Shown here: in pieces, positions 1 through 12,224 of the stretch
Numbering within the stretch: position 1 is the stretch's first letter
Layout of the letters: the number at the start of each line of letters is the position of its first letter
Assembly (NCBI GenBank): GCA_964036045.1
Contig: OZ038379.1
Span: 22,320,001-22,384,000, forward strand
Reading direction: 5' to 3'
From: Eutreptiella sp. 'Long Island Sound 2002'
Taxonomy: Eukaryota; Protista; Euglenida
DNA: 64,000 nt
The notes under the pieces: generated by a model
What the model was told of the DNA's origin: nothing
The model's database searches: none
What the model saw: only the letters and a program-made list of their open reading frames with translations
Position numbers and translations under genes: made by a program

Positions 1-1718
1 CTAGGCCACAGCAGAAACTGACTGAACCAGACATGTGCTCTTAGATGGCTCGATGGGCGGGGCCTCCATGCAACCACCCAGCCTGGGTTCCAGCCCCGGG
101 GTGGGTCAGCCGCAGAGGTATCCACGGTTTGTCGGGTACGTGGATTTTGGAATGAGGGTGCGGCCAATCTGACCTACACCCGGGTAGGACATGGTTCACG
201 CATAGTCCGTGCTCTGTTCCCAGTCTGTGTGGTGGAGACACGGGGAGTGGGCACCCTTTCCCGGCGTCCAGCTGGCACAGGGCCCGTGCTAATCACCGGC
301 AGCTCCCCCCCCCCACCCCGCCGCCATTCTTGGGGGCCACTTTCCTTTGGTAACACAGGGCTTTTATGTTACTGTGTATAAGCGACCCCCCCTCTTTTTT
401 TGTCGGGTCAGTGTTTACAACAGGTCACTGGGCTTGTCAAATGAGCCTGCCTTGGCTGGGTAGCGCCCCACTTTCTGCAGAACCTCCTGCCTCCCCCCCC
501 CCCTCAAGGGATGTGAGTGTGGACCCGACCAGGGCGTCACAGGCTCCGCTGCTGAGCCTGTTCGAGACAGACGCAGTGAAGCCGCACGTAACCATGCCAA
601 TAGGTGGTCTTGACTGGGGGTACAGCCCCTCTCCTAATACAATGAGCCAGTGGTCTGTACGCCCGCAAAGGCCGATCACGCGCCACTTCCGATGCCCCGG
701 CGCTACCGCCGATGCCCCTTGGGGTCTCATACTTTGCTGGCCGGGAGTGCATAGTCTGAGACATGATGCAAGAGGTAGGGGCTGTGCCATGGAAATGCAG
801 ATGTACTGTGCAGGTCCTGGGACCAGGGGGTTTGCCAACTACCATCATCATCGCGGCAGCTCGTCAAGAAAGGGGAAGGGGGAGGGGGGCAGACCACCGA
901 TCTAAGGCTGTCTCAGCCCTGCCCCCCTTGCGTTCCTGAGTCAGTACCCACGGCCATGTGTGTTGGGGGGTCCAAACTGTGCGCAAAATCCGGTGTTTGG
1001 GCGGGGTCTTACGGGGAGTGTGGCATGGGCAGTGGTGCTATCTGTGGGGCCGCAAAGACAGTCGCCTGGATGTGAAGACCTTTTCAACACTTCGACACAG
1101 CCCGACCTATTGTTCAGTGGTGAGTAAGCCTCTCATGGATACGCCCCTGGGCCCTTCTCGTCAAGAGATGGCGAGGGCACCAATGAGCGCATCCAACGGA
1201 AGCTGCCGTATTACTCAGCGACGAGTGTGCCACCCACGGGCATGTCCCGGACTCTTTTGCGGGTTTTTTTGTTCACGGGTCCACACACTACTCTGATTTT
1301 GCAATAACTAGCGACGAGCTTCGCTTTTTGCACAGGCCAGGGCAGTCGTGCTTAGCAAGCGTTCGACACCAAGGTTTGGGGTGTGAACAAGTGCCTTGGG
1401 GTCAGGGATGCCGAAAGCTGATCAAAAAGAGCTCCGCACGCAGGTGCGAAGGGGCCAACGGCTGGATTCAAGTGGCAGCCGCGGGGCCTGTGACAACCAA
1501 TAACAGAAGTACACGTTCGGCACACTTCCGTCCACCGTCGTTGGCCAACTGTTGCGTCGAGCGAACAGCGAGAGCTGCTGGGACCGACGGCGCGGCTTTT
1601 GCGCACCATCGCACACCATGGCACAGACCCACACCCAGGGGCACCCCACTCATGTGCCCTTGCGACACAGGGCGCTTGACCAGGACACCGTGGCACATGC
1701 GCAGGCACAGGGAGATAC

Positions 1719-4499
1719 CCAGACAGGGGAGAAGATCACAATAAAGGACTGCGAGACCCCGACCATGAAGCGGGAGAAGAATAAAAAGTACATGGACGTG
1801 CTGGCGCTGAACAGCAGGCACCACACGCAGTTGGCCAGCAAGGCCACGCCGAGCACGCGCTTCGGGGAGAAGCTGGACAAGACACTGCCGGCGACGAGGC
1901 ACGTGGACGTGAGCCCCAGGTACACCAAAGACCCCAGCAGGCCCTCCTGGAACAGACTGAGTCCAAACTGGGCCTGCAATGCAAGTGTGGGACATGGCGT
2001 GGGCGGTGCCATTGATGCGGGTTGGAATGTTGAGGCCCTGTCCCCTTGTGGACGACAGACCAGGGAACCAGCGCACCCCACAACCCTCGGGAGTATCAAG
2101 AAAACTCTGGGTATAATGCGGATTCCGAAGGCGTGGGTCTCTCCCGCTGACAGACGCCTTGGGATTTCAGCACCAATTTGGTGTTTGGGATTGAAATTGC
2201 GTGCCACTCTGTTGACGAAGGGGCCAAAAGCTTTTTTCATTTCCGTCCTTTGTCAGGGAGGCGAAATGCATTTACCGTATGTCTTGTGGCACCCCGAGCG
2301 ATCTGGACGAAACACTGTCTGTGCGCGTCGCTGGGCGTGATGGCAGTTCAGGGGCAACAGCAGGGCACCTGCAGCCTGCAAAGCGGCCAAAATGGACTGC
2401 AAACAAACGTTCCTTGCTGGCGCAGTAACGCAAAGTTACACAAAGCCACGGCAGACGCACACGTATCCAACGCAGCAGAAGACGACGGTACAGAGGGACC
2501 GAGGGACTGACGTGCCGAGGAATCCCTGGCTCCAAAAAGTGACAGGCATCTCGGTCTGTTTGGGCGGCGCGCTGTCAGCGCAGATGGGCCATGATCAATG
2601 CACTGAAATGCCTGAGTTCAACCAGAAAATTTCCTTTGCCGTCTCCCCGTGCTGGAGCGCATCAGGCTGCAACTGTGCCCTATGTTGCCTTGAATCAACT
2701 TGACTTGACAAACGAATGCTTTTCTGGTCAGCGATGGGCTCAGATTTCTCAGTCCAAACCCTCAGCCAGCCCTCAACTTGTGCAAATGGGGAAGATGAGG
2801 TGATGCAATAGGTGTATCACAGAAAATTGTACGCACATCTTTCGCTCGCGGTGGGAACGGGGCGGGGCCCAGGGCATTGGTGGCAGTGCTGGTGGTAGTG
2901 ATACCGGTGGTGGTGATGGTGGTGATGGCCATCCAATGGAGTACAGGTCACGGGGGATGGAAACATGCAAAGAGGTCCTTTGGGAAAGAAGTGAAAGGCT
3001 GTGAGACACTCTTCTCTCAGCAACCTGTGTACACAGCACTCCACGCGAAGGAATGGCATACGCAGAAGCAGGCATCTGTGACTGGAAGACAAATACTGCA
3101 TAGGCCCCTGGGGTGGGCGGACTTTCACTTCAGGGGGTTGTCGATAGAGCCCCTTAGCTGGACCCTCCCCCCCCGCGCCGGAGGGCTGAATTGACAGGAG
3201 CCCCCAAAAGCAACCTGGGGACTTCCCTGGCCTCAGTGGAAGGGGTGGGGTGGGTGGGTGAGGTTGGCAGGGAGGGTTGAAGGGGGGGGGGGTTTCGGTT
3301 TTGGTTTCCGTTTCGGTTTCGGGGGTTTCTGGGCCAGTGGCACATGCGTCTCACGTGGAGCGCCGAGCCTAAGACGATTGGCATTGGGTTTGGTGCCACC
3401 TCTGGGCGGTGTACACCTCTCCACCCGTCCGGGTGTCTCTGTCCCCAGGGATGGGAGGCGGCTCCGCAGTGTCCACTCCCTACAAAAAATATTGTCCCCA
3501 CTTCCATCACCATGCACGCTGGGCCATTCAGGGCCCTCGTCGTCTGGTCACTCGGTCGCTGTCTCTCTGGCCCCCACGCTCTGTCCCATGGCCATTGGAC
3601 CTTGGGCCGAGCCTCCCGCTACTCGCTGCCCGCTCTAGTGTGTACCAGGGTTCTTACCGGCGACCTTCAAACCGCGCATCCCTCAAACAACGCGTCCCTT
3701 GTGTTACCATTTGACCCACTGCACAAATGCTAGTGCTTGCCGCCGTCGGGTCTATTTTCTTGGCCTGCTTCATCATGTCATGAGGTTTGCCCGCCACCTT
3801 GGTCTGTCATTGGCCGGTGCGTGGCACGGGTGTGTGTTTTGGTGGCCATGGCAAAGGACTGGGGCACGGCGCTCCACCCTTGCTAGTACTTCTGCGGCGA
3901 CTTGTTTGCCTGCTATGAACCACTACACCGTCATGCCACACCACAATGTGGTTCTCGTCACTACCCGGAGGTACCGGCACCCAAGTTGCCAGCCTTCCAA
4001 AGAGCAATACTCATCCACTCGGCGCCAGCCCTTTGGGTAACCAGTTCACCAGCCTTTTGCTGGGCAACCCATTCTCTTGGCATGCTAGAGGGGACATGTG
4101 GGCATGGTGCTCGTGCTACCTCACCAAGTTGGCATTATGTGCCGCCAAGCGCTTTGCACCCTTTATTTGGACCCTCTTCCGAGTCCTAGGAGCTAGCACT
4201 CCAAGACGGGGGGGGGGGGGTATCAGGGGCAAGGGGGGTTAGGAGGTTGGAGGGGGAGGGGTCACTTATGTGGGGTTGTGGGGTTAGCCAATTTGCCAAC
4301 TTTGGCGCCAATGGAAATAAGGGCCTCTGTCAATCAAGCCATTTTCTGAGACCCCGCTTCACAAGTTGGGAGGCGCTATTGACCCCCCCCCCCCCCCCAC
4401 CACCACTCAAAAGTGAAAACTTGATGCCCACGATGCCTGTGGCTCTCACTGTCCTCCGTCTCTCCTTTTCATTGTCTATCTCTCTCCCCCCCTCCCTCC

Positions 4500-4561
<62 letters not shown>

Positions 4562-7500
4562 TCTCCCTGTGTGTGTGTGTGTGTCCTAATTGCCAATTGC
4601 CCCACCCAAGGCGGTCCTTAATGGGAAAAAAAAAGTGTTCCGTTACATAGCATTCCCAAAAAAGCCCGTGGGCACTCCATGTGTTCAACCATGGTTGGTG
4701 GCAGTTGGCAGTTGGCGGTTGGCGACGATTGGTGGTTGGCAGTTGGCAACTGGCGGTTGGTGGCGGTTGGTGGTGGTTGGCGGCGGTTGGTGGTTGGCGG
4801 TTGGCGGTTGGTTGCCACTGGCAGTTGGCGGTGGTTTGTGGTTGGCACTTGGTGGCGGTTGGCGGTTGGTGGTCCCTTGGGGCGGTCCTTAAGGGCAGTC
4901 CTTAACAAAAAAAAAATCCGGTTCTTTAAGGACCGCCTTGGCCCCCCCACCTTGGAGGTCATTTATCGCCTTTAGTTCTCACCGGCGGCAGTTCTTTGAT
5001 TCCATTGTCCGAAATAGGACAGCTTTGTTCACCAAACCAGCTCTGGGTAAAGCACTTTGAGCAGCCCTTGCCGCTTGTAGTTTTGTCGGTCCTCGATAGA
5101 CTGCACATTGTTGTCCTCGCTTGTGTCCGATACGTGTATTGCCGGCTGCCTCTTTATTCCCCCACCCCTTGTGACTTTTGTCTGATTGGTGTTCTTGCCA
5201 TCACCGTCTCCGCCGCAACTTGTGCACCACGGACAACTTAGCCCCCTCTTTGGCCAATCTATCCGCCTCATCATTATGAGGCACTGAATTATGTTTGTAG
5301 ACGTCAACCACACTCCAATCTCCTGAACGCATCGTAAGCATGGGATCTATATCTTCCCATATATCCTGATGCCTCACAAGCTTCTTACTCTTGGAGTACT
5401 ACTTTCTCCTCCTGTACAGTTTGATGTGCTGCAGGATGTCCACACACCACTGCGAATCACTATACATCTTTATTTCATTGTCCACATGCATGGTCTGCAA
5501 TGTTGCCCGGATAGCGAAAACCTCTGCCCCGCTGTTCGTTTGCGGACCCGTGACCGGCTTGCCGACATTCTAGTACTACCCAAAGGGGAAGTACACCCCA
5601 TACCCCGCCTGCCCCCCCCCCCCCCCCTCTGCCAAACCATCAATCCATGCATGCATGCACATTGTAAGTTTTACTCTTCTTGAAAGTCTGGGATGCCGCC
5701 CTTGTCGAATCTTGAGACCACTCCAACACGTTGTTCCGTGGCTCCGGACTACCAAACTGTGAACATGCCAGTGACCAGTCGCTGTCCCTGTTCAGTTGTT
5801 CAATGTTTCCTTCTTCAACTTCCGATGGCTCTGTGTCTTGAAATAATTGCGACCATGCTGGTGACCATTCTCACCCACTGTCTGCACTGTCCGGCTGCCA
5901 GTCCATTTGTGCCACCGCCTGCAACGGTTGGCTCACATTATTGAACTCTTCCATATGCGTGCACGCTGGCAACCACTGTTCCACCCCCTCCTCAGACTCC
6001 AATGTGTCCCGCGTACAATGTGTGTGTGTGTGTGCGTGCGTGTAGGAGGGGAGGGTCACCATATTATAGAGAAAGGCCTGCATGGATCTGTGGGCTGGCT
6101 GTCTGTATGGGGGGTGCCTGCGTCTTTGTCGCCACACAGGGCGGCAGGAAAAAGAAGGCCCCCCCTGCATCCACCCCTCGCCCAGGCCAGAGCCTCTGTG
6201 CGGTTGGGTATTGGGTGTGTGTCTGTGTGTGTGTGTGTGTGGGTGCGTGTGTGTGTGTTTGTGTTGGGGGGGGGGGGCATTCACCATCCCATGGATTCGC
6301 TTGCACATCCAACACAATTGTTGGGCAGGATTTCAGCATGATTTCTTCAAACAGCGTTCAAACATTTCCGGGCCCCACTGAATACAAACTTGGATGTTGG
6401 ACCCTTCAAGGGGTTGGAATGAATTAGGACTACCTCCAACCTCCAACCCCGCCCTTTGGAACCCCTCCGCCCTAGGTGCTCTGAATCCCCAATTCCCCAG
6501 ATTGCTTAAGAAAAGTGGAGGGCCAGCTGTCTCCTGCTTCGTCATGCCACCGTTTGAAGAGGGCCACTCACTGCCAATCCAACAAGCCAGGGAACTTGGT
6601 TTGCCAATATGTCGGTGTTTTGCGGCAGTGGCAACAATCATCATCAGCTGGGCACTGACAAATCAAATTTTTTTTTCATCCGCAGACAATGACAAACAGG
6701 ACCGTTCGCACTGCTAAGCACTAAATTGCCAAACAGATCGCTCGTGTCCGGCAGGGGAACTGGGCCTCATGAGGAATCAGTACTGCACCATGTGCTACAA
6801 AGGACATTCACCGCTTTCGCACCCAGAACGTAGAAAGAACTAGTTGCGTCCTGTGTCCGACTCTGTCGGACCCACCCCCGCCTGATCACGTCTGACCTGG
6901 CGGACGCTGGTGGCAAATCTGCCCCCGTTACCCGTTACCCCCCCCCCCCCCTCCTCGGCCCCCCACAGCAGCGGGCTTTACCCCTTCCTGCAGTTTGTGC
7001 AAATCGCCATTTATGGAACAAAGCAGTGCACACCGGGTACCCATTCAGTACCGCACCCGACCACGGCGCACTGCATGCAACCGAGAAGATGACCGCGCAC
7101 ACTCGTCATCAGAACCAAATGCAGGCAGCAGCACCAAAAGACACACCACAACAAGAGAGCCACACACGACACGGCACCAGCCCAGGACTGCTCCGTACTG
7201 CGTACATACAGCGACACATCCACGCACACCGGGCCCTGTGGGGGAATGTTGACGTAGGGGCAAAGAGCTGCATCTACGAGCACAGCAACAGACCGATATG
7301 CCATCCCCCAAGTAGCCGTTGCCCTCGTCCATGCATTCCATGCCAGGCTTGCAGCGGCGCCCCACGAGGCTTGGGGGGATTGCACCAGAGTCGTAATTGA
7401 GAAGCACTTGGATCAGGATAAGCATGGCAAACATGGACTTCTTGTAGCGGAGATCCGCTGGTGCTTGGTAATACTGGGCACTGGAACGCGGCGCATTTTC

Positions 7501-7590
7501 GCCCGGAGTAGGCAGCGACACCAACAAAGAGCCATTTGGGTTCACATTGGAAATGTCATCAACCTCAGCCTGGGGGGGCTCATCGTGCAT
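1719..7590 (-). CDS. Spinster-like major facilitator superfamily transporter, N-terminal part (exons 7294-7590 and 1719-1973; 3' exons not located, probably left of the window)
   Basis: ATG at 7590. Exon 1 encodes MHDEPP...KSMFAMLILIQVLLNYDSGAIPPSLVGRRCKPGMECMDEGNGYLGDGIS and ends at a GT donor at 7293. After a 5.3-kb intron, ttgcag at 1974 opens AQFGLSLFQEGLLGSLVYLGL...SMYFLFFSRFMVGVSQSFIVIFSPVW, ending at a GT donor at 1718. Both junctions are phase 0. NYDxGAI, EGLLGSLVYLGL and SRFMVG match the TM1-TM4 pattern of spinster/MFS_1 transporters (recognised from memory). Confidence 0.85.
2156..2285. repeat. Dispersed repeat copy A (homologous to 9331-9465)
   Basis: cgccttgggatttcagcaccaatttggtgtttgggattgaaattgc...ttcatttccgtcctttgtcagggaggcgaaatgcatttacc aligns colinearly with the 9.3-kb copy. 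Confidence 0.7.
4502..4584. repeat. (CT)n microsatellite followed by short (GT)n
   Basis: About 28 perfect CT units at 4502-4558, then a GT run to about 4584. Confidence 0.95.
4607..4940. mobile_element. Non-autonomous TIR element (MITE, hAT-like) filled with a 7-bp ggcggtt satellite
   Basis: Perfect 15-bp TIRs caaggcggtccttaa (4607-4621) and ttaaggaccgccttg (4926-4940). Flanks gccccacc and gcccccccacc look like an 8-bp TSD with C-run slippage. The interior 4690-4870 consists of ggcggtt/ggtggtt/ggcagtt units. Confidence 0.75.
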
Positions 7591-7847
7591 TTCTGGGCAA
7601 AATGAAGGTGGATACTCGGCCGATGTGCCTACGCTGGTATACGCCGTGGTGCATGCATGGGTGATAATGGTGCAAGCGATATGCCTTGTGCTTAGCTACT
7701 GTGCACAAAGTTTTGCTAGTTGGTAGCAGATCATCACATGTAAATTGCATGCGCAAAGTGAATTGACCCCAAGCATTTCGCAACGTGCAATGCAACAGCA
7801 CATACCACATTTCCGATGTACAAATTTTCAGAATGCACGTAGCACCA

Positions 7848-7948
7848 CAGGCTGAGGTAATGACATTTCCAATGAGCCCCAAAATGGCTCTTTGTTGGTG
7901 TCGCTGCCTACTCCGGGCGAAAATTGCGCCGCGTTCCAGTGCAGTATT
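7848..7948 (+). pseudogene. Inverted, frameshifted duplicate of MFS exon 1 segment 7470-7572
   Basis: The reverse complement matches 7470-7572 at roughly 90 percent with several small indels that break the frame. Confidence 0.85.
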
Positions 7949-9330
7949 CACCACCTACATCTAAGCAAGTACGATTATGCTGCGCTTCACACTCTCCAAG
8001 TGATAAATCATTTTGCGGTCACGCCCGGCGCACGCACGCTGACACAATCTCGTAACAACAACTTGCCATAATGTTGACCAGTGACAAAAATTACGTGACT
8101 AAGGTTTGGGCTGTTGGATGATTCACACTTGGGCCCCACTGACACTACGGAACCACTGAACTTCCTGTGTGGGCTCTCCTTGAGAGGGGGGATGCAACAA
8201 ATGACGCAACAGGATCCAAGGCATGTGGACCCGGCAACACGTCCGGAAAGATCCGGCAGCGTGCAGAGTGACAAACCTAATTCCCCTCCCTCCCAAAAAA
8301 AAGTGAGAAGACGCGTCACCACGACAACGGACGCGCAAAATATCTGGAATCGTAAGCCATCTGAGCGGAATGGACATCATTCCCTTCTTCCCAAACCACA
8401 AAATGATGTGTTTGGTGTCGAACTCAGCCGAGTGTAAAGGCCTCTGAGCTGGTACCATAGGAAAACGTGCGTGCTCTTGCTTGAAGATGGGCATATCCAC
8501 ATAACCACAAAACATTCAGGAAATCCAAGAGAAATCAAAAGGACGTGAATCTGCAGGTCATGCAGGCAAACAATTTCTCAGCACGTCATTGCTTTGGTTG
8601 AGGCTGGGGGGTGAGATTGGAGTCTCACTGCATGGGTGCCCGAGCCCTGGTTGTACATAATTAGACCGGCAAGATCAGATGTTGCAGAGTTTGCTTCCGC
8701 ACTCTGTTGTGGTGCTCAATCCATGACCAGCCTATTCTGTTTGTGCAGCGTCGCCTGTGCTGCACCGTCGCCTGTGCTGCACACACTGGGGCCGAGAAAG
8801 CTAGGCAATATGCAATTATGACACACCCTGCTGAGGGCTTGCGGCTTGGTGAGCATTGCTGAAAATCCATGATGATGGATGGGTTTGCGGGTTGTGGAGA
8901 GTGAATGAGGATTGTTGGGGATTGTCAACACATTATTGAGCTGTTCCTGAGGGTTGTCGGCGGTTGTTGAGGGAAGATGGGGCACATACTGCATCGTGGC
9001 CTGAACTCCAATGCAAGCTTACATAACATCCCCCGGGGCAAACAGGGGGCGTTAAGGCACCAGGAGTGAAATTTGAAGGGGAATGATGTACTCTGGTGCT
9101 TAGCATAAAAAGCATGTGTGGCTGAATTTGCCATTTGAAAAAATGCACTATCCAATGCTGACTCATACATAGGCAATGCTGAAGTTTCGTCCACCACGTG
9201 CATCATGACTACAATTTGCTTTGCCATTCTGGTGGGCTGGGAAGCTGATTCTGCTCACAACCCACAAGCCTGCATGGGAGTATCAAGAAAACTGTGTGTA
9301 TCATGCGGATACATCTCACCCACTAACAGA

Positions 9331-9465
9331 CGCCATGGGATTTTAGCAATGATGTGGTGTTTGAAGTTGAAATTGCTGGAGTTTTGTTCCTTTCTATTTT
9401 AGACGCAACCGAAGGCTTTCTTCATTCCCGTCCTTTGTAAGGGAGGCCAAATGGATTTACCTCAC
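9331..9465. repeat. Dispersed repeat copy B (homologous to 2156-2285)
   Basis: cgccatgggattttagcaatgatgtggtgtttgaagttgaaattgc...ttcattcccgtcctttgtaagggaggccaaatggatttacc, in the same orientation as copy A. Confidence 0.7.
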
Positions 9466-11013
9466 ATCTTCCTCACAGGACTAGATGACAATGGTTTGCA
9501 AGTATCAGCATACAGCCCCATGGACTCATCTGGGCACATCAAGTGTACTGGCCCCACTAGGTCCATTGTGTGCCAAACTACCCGGAAGAATTTCATTCCC
9601 CAGACTGAATTGTTTCTCACCCTAATAATGCACCAGCCCAGTGACCAGAGGGATCCAAATGCTTCTCTGCACAAATTACTGACACAGCAAAGAAGAGCAG
9701 GGCATGCAGTTGTTGTTGGAGCTTGGGAGGAAGATCATTTTGCCCCCTTTTCAGATTGTTGGTGTTTTCTGACAAATCCAATAGAAGAGGACAGAAATCA
9801 GGATCCTCAGTTTCATTGTGCTGACATCTTAGAAAAACCACGAATGCATTTCCCAAATCTATCATTTGGCTGATGGATGCTGACAAGGGGTGACCGAGAA
9901 ACTCCTGTGGCATGCCCACATCCTCCCCATCCACCTCCATCCATCACTCAATCTTTGTTTCTGTTTTCTTACCTCAGGCTAACTCACCGTCCCACATCTG
10001 TTCTTTATTAATATTAGTAATAACACTGACCACCTTTGATTCGCCGTTGCCATGAAGAATCGCCTATACCCAGTAGCACCTGGAGCAAATGCCTCCATCT
10101 GCAATGCCCAGACACATAAATGGGTGTTTTTGTGGGGGGTTTCTATTCTGTTCAAGAACCATGTTTTCAACTTTTTGAGGTAGGGGTATGTTAAACCTTC
10201 CTGAACTTAGCATGCAAGGGGCTTTCTGATGTAATTTGAGTAAGGTTTGAATCTCCAGTTGCCATATTGCTTTGACCCCTGGTCACGAGCTGGGCTCTGG
10301 CCTCAGCTATGATGTCCACATCTTGAACTTCTGGTAGTTGGAACACCTGCTACATGGGCTTCCATTGGGTGAAATTTTGGAAGTGGCCTCCCACATAGGC
10401 CTGGTATGCAGAAGAGGGCAGACTCGCAAGGAACTTGTCAAGTGCTGGGTGATGCCGTGACCCCTCTTGGGAGATTTTGTCCATGGGTCGCGTCCAGACT
10501 GTGTTGGGGGGATGGTTTGCGGTCCCCTTGTTGAGGGCTCATGTATATTTGAATCTTCCAGATCAACATACACAGTGTAGGCTTTGGTGTTTCTTTATTG
10601 TAAGAGAAATATTCCCAACCAATGACACACCTGTGATGTGCTAGAGTAACCCCAATGGCCCTTTCCAACACTTCCTGTGCAAAAAGTCATTCCCATTGGA
10701 GGCACTCATGGCAAGGGAGACAATAATCTGACTAGCTCTCCAAATTGATTGGTAGTTGAGGTCTCCTTGTCGTCCTTACCTCAAAGTGGTTCTGAGGGTG
10801 TCAATGGTGGCATCCTTTTTTTCCATCCTGGTCCTATTGTTTCTGATTTTCCCAAAAGGGGGGGCATCAATGGGCAAAAATAGGGCCTAAGCTGCCTACA
10901 AGGTGCTCTTGCTCCAACATATTGTCACTTACCCAACGGTGTACAAGAAGGAAAAACGACCAGTCAACAGCAGTTTGGTTTGTTTGTCCAGAAGGAATTG
11001 TACCAAGGTATGT

Positions 11014-11737
11014 GTGCACATTGATCAGTTGACTCCATCACTCTCTGCAGGGGCAGAACTGCAGCCCCGGCTCACCACTTGGGCATCCTTTCGACTGGTG
11101 CTTGACATAATAGCCTCAAATGTAACCATCCCAAGATTGTTGCATTTTGCAATGTGGACATCCACCTTGGCGGCATGGATTTTGGATATCCATGTATGCC
11201 TTGCGCCTTTGAGGTTCTGGCGCCCCCCTCTTCCTTGGTGGTCGTCTTTTAAATCACCTCTACATAACATTGCACTGTTGCCAAAGGGAAATAGCAACCT
11301 TCGCCCATGCACCCCATAGCAATGAATCTTCCGCCACATCTTCCACCACACACCCCAAGCTCAACTCAGAAAAACCACCTTCAAACCACTCTATTTGAAA
11401 AAAAACACACATGCACCATATAAAGAGGTGGGGTAACAAGAAATTAGCGGTAATCTGAAAATGAAGTACACAATGCCTCGACAATGAATAACATCCAGGA
11501 CTGGTTGTATTATGGTATTATTGTGAAGGCTGCCAAAGGGGACTAGCCCCCATGGGTACCAATTTTCAAGAGGACATGGGTGTTGGGTCTAGGATACTGA
11601 TGGGAGCGCACATCCCTGTGGCACCAGAGTTTTGGAACGTCAGCCAAAGTGAAATTTCCCACCACATTTTGTACATTGATCTGGGGCCGTGGTCTCTCCT
11701 TCGCAGAGAGCGATGGTGTCAAGAGAGCAATGTGCAC
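11014..11737. repeat. Diverged inverted repeat pair (11014-11074 and 11677-11737) within a degenerate TE-like region
   Basis: gtgcacattgatcagttgactccatcactctctgc... versus the reverse complement gtgcacattgctctcttgacaccatcgctctctgc...; 44 of 61 positions identical by manual alignment. Confidence 0.6.
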
Positions 11738-12161
11738 TCCCATGGGTACCATTTCGTGGACAAAAACCCCAAAATACTGTTGAATGGCGGTATCTCTGCT
11801 TAGGTTTTGGTGTGTTTGGGTTGTAAGGGAATTATTCGTGGCTTGTAGCATCTACAAACACTACAGCGTGTGACACCCCATTGCTTCAAAATGGAGGCTG
11901 CAGTGCATCTAGCCCAGGGGGACCAACAGCTGGATGGACAATAGTACATCCCCCTGCTGTTGCTGTGGCCCAGCCCAACATGGCCCTGAGTTGGACACCA
12001 AGGGGAATTCTATATGCAACCTAAAACCCGGTCCGTCGACAGAACATCCCCCTTCCCCCCGCCAATGCGTGTGTTTGTGTGAGCACAAACACACACATGC
12101 ACGACGCATGCACGCACACATGCGCAGAAGCCCACAGACACCCACCCACACCCACACATGC

Positions 12162-12165
<4 letters not shown>

Positions 12166-12220
<55 letters not shown>
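12166..12220. repeat. (AG)n microsatellite
   Basis: About 27 perfect AG units. Confidence 0.95.

Positions 12221-12224
<4 letters not shown>

Noticed and set aside
1552-2340. 262-aa plus-strand ORF
   Set aside because: Antisense shadow of MFS exon 2.
9084-9126. Box C/D snoRNA-like ATGATGT...CTGA
   Set aside because: Too short, with an imperfect C box and no terminal stem or identifiable guide.
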